Of a stretch of DNA of 62,066 bases, positions 58,921-62,066 are shown in pieces; within the stretch, counting starts at the first letter, position 1, and every line of letters begins with the position of its first letter. The notes below the pieces were generated by a model. That model had not been told where the DNA came from. It did no database searches and saw only the letters and a list, made by a program, of their open reading frames with translations. Where the stretch lies: the IMG/VR virus record IMGVR_UViG_3300005404_000004, positions 1 through 62,066 of that record. One strand, written 5' to 3'. This stretch comes from a virus (lineage: Duplodnaviria > Caudoviricetes). Both the position numbers and the translations under genes were made by a program.

Positions 58921-59342
58921 TCGCCTATGTCTTTATTTAAGTAGCTTTTAGCAGCTACTCTGTCATCGTAGTCAAGTGCTGCTTTTAGGATAATTTTATC
59001 CATAACATCATCTTGATTTTTCAACATTTCCTGTTGTAAATTAATTACCATTCTTTCTAAGTCATCTTTAGACTTAACTAGTAATTCAATTTGATGATCT
59101 CTTTTTTCTACTTCGTTCTTTAGTGCATTTACGTCGTCTGGTTTTGTACCAGTTATTGCGCTAATTACTACGGGGATTGATGCTGCTATAGTTCCAATGA
59201 GCATCATCACAACTTCTTTGTTTGAATCTAGCACTGGAAATTGTAACAATGTTACTATTATAGCTATTACAAACAAAAATATAAATAGCGATCCTCCGTA
59301 AGATCTTAATTCTTTAGCTACGCCGTTTTTTGGTAGTGCCAT
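58917..59342 (-). CDS. membrane protein (2 TM + coiled coil)
   Basis: Two hydrophobic segments followed by heptad repeats. Confidence 0.7.
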   Translation of the reverse strand: MALPKNGVAKELRSYGGSLFIFLFVIAIIVTLLQFPVLDSNKEVVMMLIGTIAASIPVVISAITGTKPDDVNALKNEVEKRDHQIELLVKSKDDLERMVINLQQEMLKNQDDVMDKIILKAALDYDDRVAAKSYLNKDIGE

Positions 59343-59610
59343 TCTTTTTTCTTTTAGTAGTTTTACGTCTTATTTGAGATGTCTTCCTACCCATACCTAC
59401 GCGTTTCTTTTCCGCAACAGCCTTGCGTTTTTCTGAAGAACTCATTTCTCCCCAGGTCTTAACTGTTTTTCCGGACACCCGTCTCGATGGGCGACACTTT
59501 TTTGTATTTTTATTTTTAGTAGAACCGCAAACATTACCTTTTTCGTCGGTCCACTTTTCTTTAAACCAACGTTTAAGTGCTAATCCTTTTTTAGTTTTCC
59601 TTACGGCCAT
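59314..59610 (-). CDS. small highly basic phage protein
   Basis: LKRWFKEKWTD..G..CG...KCRPS..VS.KT..T..EMS. Confidence 0.7.
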   Translation of the reverse strand: MAVRKTKKGLALKRWFKEKWTDEKGNVCGSTKNKNTKKCRPSRRVSGKTVKTWGEMSSSEKRKAVAEKKRVGMGRKTSQIRRKTTKRKKNGTTKKRRS

Positions 59611-59762
59611 TATTTTTTATGAACTTTCTGAATGTTAAAGTTAGCATATAAAGAAGCCCCTTTGTGCTTTACAAACTTTCCAGTATGCTTCATTAGGTTA
59701 TATCCATTACCTTTTTTCATCCAGTGATAGCCAGCAGGCGCCTTAACCTTTTTTGCTGCCAT
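59610..59762 (-). CDS. small basic protein (50 aa)
   Basis: Manual ORF MAAKKVKAPAGYHWMKKGNGYNLMKHTGKFVKHKGASLYANFNIQKVHKK. Confidence 0.65.
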   Translation of the reverse strand: MAAKKVKAPAGYHWMKKGNGYNLMKHTGKFVKHKGASLYANFNIQKVHKK

Positions 59763-60000
59763 CTTTTTCTATTACGCCTTTTCCTATAAGGACGTCTTTT
59801 TGAGTTATTTTACCGTCACCTGATAAATCGTCTAATTTTGTTAATGCGCTACCAACCTTATCAGCAACTTTTTTAGCTATGATTTTTTTACCAATAGCCA
59901 TAGCTATAGCAGGTAATGCTTTCAGAGGAGATCCGCAGGGTTTGCTTTTGCCACTCATTCCAGCAGCACCTAAATTTTGTGGTCCTATTCCGTTTTTCAT
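59743..60000 (-). CDS. small protein with an EF-hand/dockerin-like loop
   Basis: DLSGDGKITQKDVL fits DxxxDGxIxxxD. Confidence 0.6.
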   Translation of the reverse strand: MKNGIGPQNLGAAGMSGKSKPCGSPLKALPAIAMAIGKKIIAKKVADKVGSALTKLDDLSGDGKITQKDVLIGKGVIEKDGSKKG

Positions 60001-60015
60001 ATTTTCTTTTTTATT

Positions 60016-60591
60016 TTATGAGTATGCTGTTATTTTGACTACAGGCTTGATAAACTTAGTTGCATCACCAGTACCATCCCAATTCCACAGCAAATGGACT
60101 CTGCCTTGGTAAGAAGAGCTATAGTCTCTTACTGTAGCCTGTATAGTTCTAGCCGACGTCCATGTGCCTACTTGCTCACTCGCTGCATTTTCAGTACCGT
60201 TTATTCTTATATATGCACCTGCGGTAAGCCAAAAGTCTCTCAGTTCTGGCGCGTAGTAGGTTCTTCTACTCTCTGTTATATCTGTAAGCGTTCCACTGGA
60301 ATTGTCGAGCTGCACCTTAATATGGTATATTGTATTAGTGTCAAGATACCCGACATTAAACCCTAGCTCATAATATACGCCTGTAGCCCCGGTAGGAGGG
60401 GTGTAATCTATGTTACTCCCCGTTAAAAGCACATGCGAGCTTGTTGTATTTTGGATTGCTGTAACGTTAGGCACTGTAATATTGCCCTGGCTAGTAGTTA
60501 TAGTTCTACCATCAGCTCTATAAACAATCTGCTCTAGTATATTACCAAATGATGCGTCTATAAGATTTTTCTTTACTTTAGTCCTACTCAT
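60016..60591 (-). CDS. fibre tip/receptor-binding-like protein (paralog of 46330-46890)
   Basis: NILEQIVYRADGRTITT...NVT...YTPPTG...GTWTSARTI. Confidence 0.65.
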   Translation of the reverse strand: MSRTKVKKNLIDASFGNILEQIVYRADGRTITTSQGNITVPNVTAIQNTTSSHVLLTGSNIDYTPPTGATGVYYELGFNVGYLDTNTIYHIKVQLDNSSGTLTDITESRRTYYAPELRDFWLTAGAYIRINGTENAASEQVGTWTSARTIQATVRDYSSSYQGRVHLLWNWDGTGDATKFIKPVVKITAYS

Positions 60592-60779
60592 TTTTTCTTT
60601 TTAATTGTATGCTTTTCTCCTAAGTATATCTTATACCCTATCTTAAAACGGGTACGGTATCTTAGGTCCTCATTGTACTCGTAGTCGATGTTTTCATTAA
60701 TATCTATATACGCCTGGCCTTTTATAGAACCACAAGCATAACATAAAATTAACAATAAGGTAGCGAATAGTGTCTTCAT
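60588..60779 (-). CDS. putative lipoprotein
   Basis: MKTLFATLLLILCYAC signal with a lipobox-like Cys. Confidence 0.55.
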   Translation of the reverse strand: MKTLFATLLLILCYACGSIKGQAYIDINENIDYEYNEDLRYRTRFKIGYKIYLGEKHTIKKKK

Positions 60780-60797
60780 TTTTTTTTTAAACGCAGG

Positions 60798-60971
60798 CTA
60801 CTTCTTCTTTTTACCTTTGTTTTTTCTACACTTAGCAATAGCACCAGAGGCATATGCCGATGGAAATACATCATACCGAGCCTTTACGCTATAATAGCAC
60901 GCATCTTTATTCGATCCCTTTGCTTTTTTAGCAAGAGGGGAACGCGAATGTTTGCTTATAAAGGTACCCAT
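60798..60971 (-). CDS. small basic phage protein (57 aa)
   Basis: Manual ORF ...DACYYSVKARYDVFPSAYASGAIAKCRK. Confidence 0.7.
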   Translation of the reverse strand: MGTFISKHSRSPLAKKAKGSNKDACYYSVKARYDVFPSAYASGAIAKCRKNKGKKKK

Positions 60972-61120
60972 TATTTTCTTTTATATCGTTTTTTTGTCAA
61001 CCCGCTTGGCTTTGTGCTGCGAACACTTTTTGACATCTTTCCTTTTGCTGCTTTTTTAGCCGCCATTTCTTTAGCTTTTTTCATAGCTGCTTTGTAGCTG
61101 TTTCTTCCGACTCCTGGCAT
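60971..61120 (-). CDS. small Lys/Ala-rich basic protein (49 aa)
   Basis: Manual ORF MPGVGRNSYKAAMKKAKEMAAKKAAKGK...; TAATG coupling. Confidence 0.6.
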   Translation of the reverse strand: MPGVGRNSYKAAMKKAKEMAAKKAAKGKMSKSVRSTKPSGLTKKRYKRK

Positions 61121-61131
61121 GATATTATTTT

Positions 61132-61293
61132 TTAATTGTGCATTATTTCGATGTATAGAATCTGGGCAAGCTTTGCTTCATCCCTGGTCTCTATACACAT
61201 ATCTTTAGTTAGTTCGTTAAATCTATTTCTTTTTGTCTTTACACTTGCACAGCTCATCATCGCTGTAAGTGCTATTAGAATGATAATTCTCAT
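61132..61293 (-). CDS. putative lipoprotein (53 aa), overlapping the 65-aa ORF
   Basis: Manual ORF MRIIILIALTAMMSCASVKTKRNRFNELTKDMCIETRDEAKLAQILYIEIMHN. Confidence 0.6.
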   Translation of the reverse strand: MRIIILIALTAMMSCASVKTKRNRFNELTKDMCIETRDEAKLAQILYIEIMHN

Positions 61294-61420
61294 TTTGTAG
61301 GTTTGCTTGCGCTATGTGTATTTCAATCATAGCCTCTGTTAGTTTGTCCACAGCCTTACGTATCTCTTTGAGTTCATTTCTGATACCATTAGCTTTAATG
61401 TGGGTATAATCTTTACTCAT
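61223..61420 (-). CDS. small coiled-coil protein
   Basis: ORF track. Confidence 0.5.
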   Translation of the reverse strand: MSKDYTHIKANGIRNELKEIRKAVDKLTEAMIEIHIAQANLQNENYHSNSTYSDDELCKCKDKKK

Positions 61421-61430
61421 TACATTCGAT

Positions 61431-61670
61431 TTAATTACTTTTCTCTTTTGCCTCTAAAAAACCACGCTCATATTCTAGCTGCTTTTCTACGGCTAATATC
61501 CTGTCTTCAAGTTTAGTTATCACAACTATCTTCTCATCTAATCTTTCATGTACTAAATGAATTTCATCTTTAAGCGCTGTAAACTCGGCAAATATACCAC
61601 CGGCCGTAAATACAGCAATAATAAAGGATATGACTACAGATAAGTTGTTTTTAACAAAGGTATCAGGCAT
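61431..61670 (-). CDS. N-terminal TM + coiled-coil protein (i-spanin-like architecture)
   Basis: LSVVISFIIAVFTAGGIFA followed by heptads; first gene of the minus-strand block. Confidence 0.6.
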   Translation of the reverse strand: MPDTFVKNNLSVVISFIIAVFTAGGIFAEFTALKDEIHLVHERLDEKIVVITKLEDRILAVEKQLEYERGFLEAKEKSN

Positions 61671-61679
61671 ATTTATTAG

Positions 61680-62066
61680 TTTTTATTTTATATATAGAGG
61701 TTTTGTATTACACATATGTATATGATAACCAAGTACATAGGAAAATCGTATTATAAAGTACCCCCATATTAGCAATAAATGTAAGTATTCGTCAATAATA
61801 TTGTAATAAATGTATACGATCGATGCATATGTGGCAGTCGTATGTAATTCATTGTCAGATCTTTACATTATATATACAATAATGTTACTATCGTCACATT
61901 ATTATTAATAATTTAACACTTTTATTGTCACATATATATACAAAAGATATAATATGTGTATATATAGTAATAACTACTTAATATTTTATAGTATTTACTT
62001 TTATAATTATTATATATTCAATGTTTATTAATATGTATTAAGTATTTAATAATAATGTTTATAATG
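61680..62066. promoter_or_regulatory. very AT-rich non-coding region upstream of the late operon
   Basis: No ORF of 60 aa or more; TA runs and recurring (A/T)T(C/T)GTCA words. Confidence 0.5.

Noticed and set aside
61152-61196. Inverted repeat TGTATAGA/TCTATACA with GATGA and GAAA nearby, as a possible hammerhead ribozyme or ncRNA
   Set aside because: The CUGAUGA core is absent, and the segment lies within a plausible 53-aa lipoprotein ORF.
1-62066. Alternative genetic code (stop reassignment as in some crAss-like phages)
   Set aside because: Genes tile densely as intact ORFs in the standard code, and TAA, TAG and TGA all occur as coupled stops.
1-62066. CRISPR array, tRNA genes, integrase
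   Set aside because: No regularly spaced direct repeats, cloverleaf or recombinase motifs recognised by eye; intergenic gaps are tiny. A tRNAscan run would be decisive for tRNAs.

Overview
AT-rich fragment of a lytic dsDNA tailed bacteriophage with a podovirus-type virion module. It most plausibly infects marine Bacteroidota/Flavobacteriia; this is an inference from the Flavobacteria-type NrdA/SSB, the BACON and LamG adhesins, the AT-rich SD-less leaders, and a capsid/portal/tail layout like that of Cellulophaga/crAss-related podoviruses. The + strand (1-12822) carries replication and nucleotide metabolism: partial DNA ligase, sigma-70-like factor, ERF recombinase, PD-(D/E)XK exonuclease, SSB, primase-helicase, ThyA, MazG-like proteins, resolvase-like endonuclease, NrdB and NrdA. 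It ends at an intrinsic terminator. The - strand (61670 down to 12871) carries small basic proteins, GroEL/GroES, a ~15 kb tail-fibre/adhesin cluster, lysis genes, a second GroES-like gene, terminase, portal, scaffold, major capsid, tail ring and nozzle proteins, and ejected core proteins including a 2257-aa multidomain protein. The most notable signal is in the adhesin cluster: recurring C-terminal 'socket' domains and short N-terminal 'plug' peptides pair up in gene order and largely match in number, suggesting a branched, mix-and-match receptor-binding tree. Also notable: a tail nozzle gene apparently split by an adhesin insertion, nested permuted LamG modules, and a polyvalent ejected protein (sigma2-like, HNH-like, HAD and zincin parts). 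No CRISPR array, tRNA, integrase, reverse transcriptase or DNA polymerase was recognised. All calls come from reading motifs by eye; no database searches were run.
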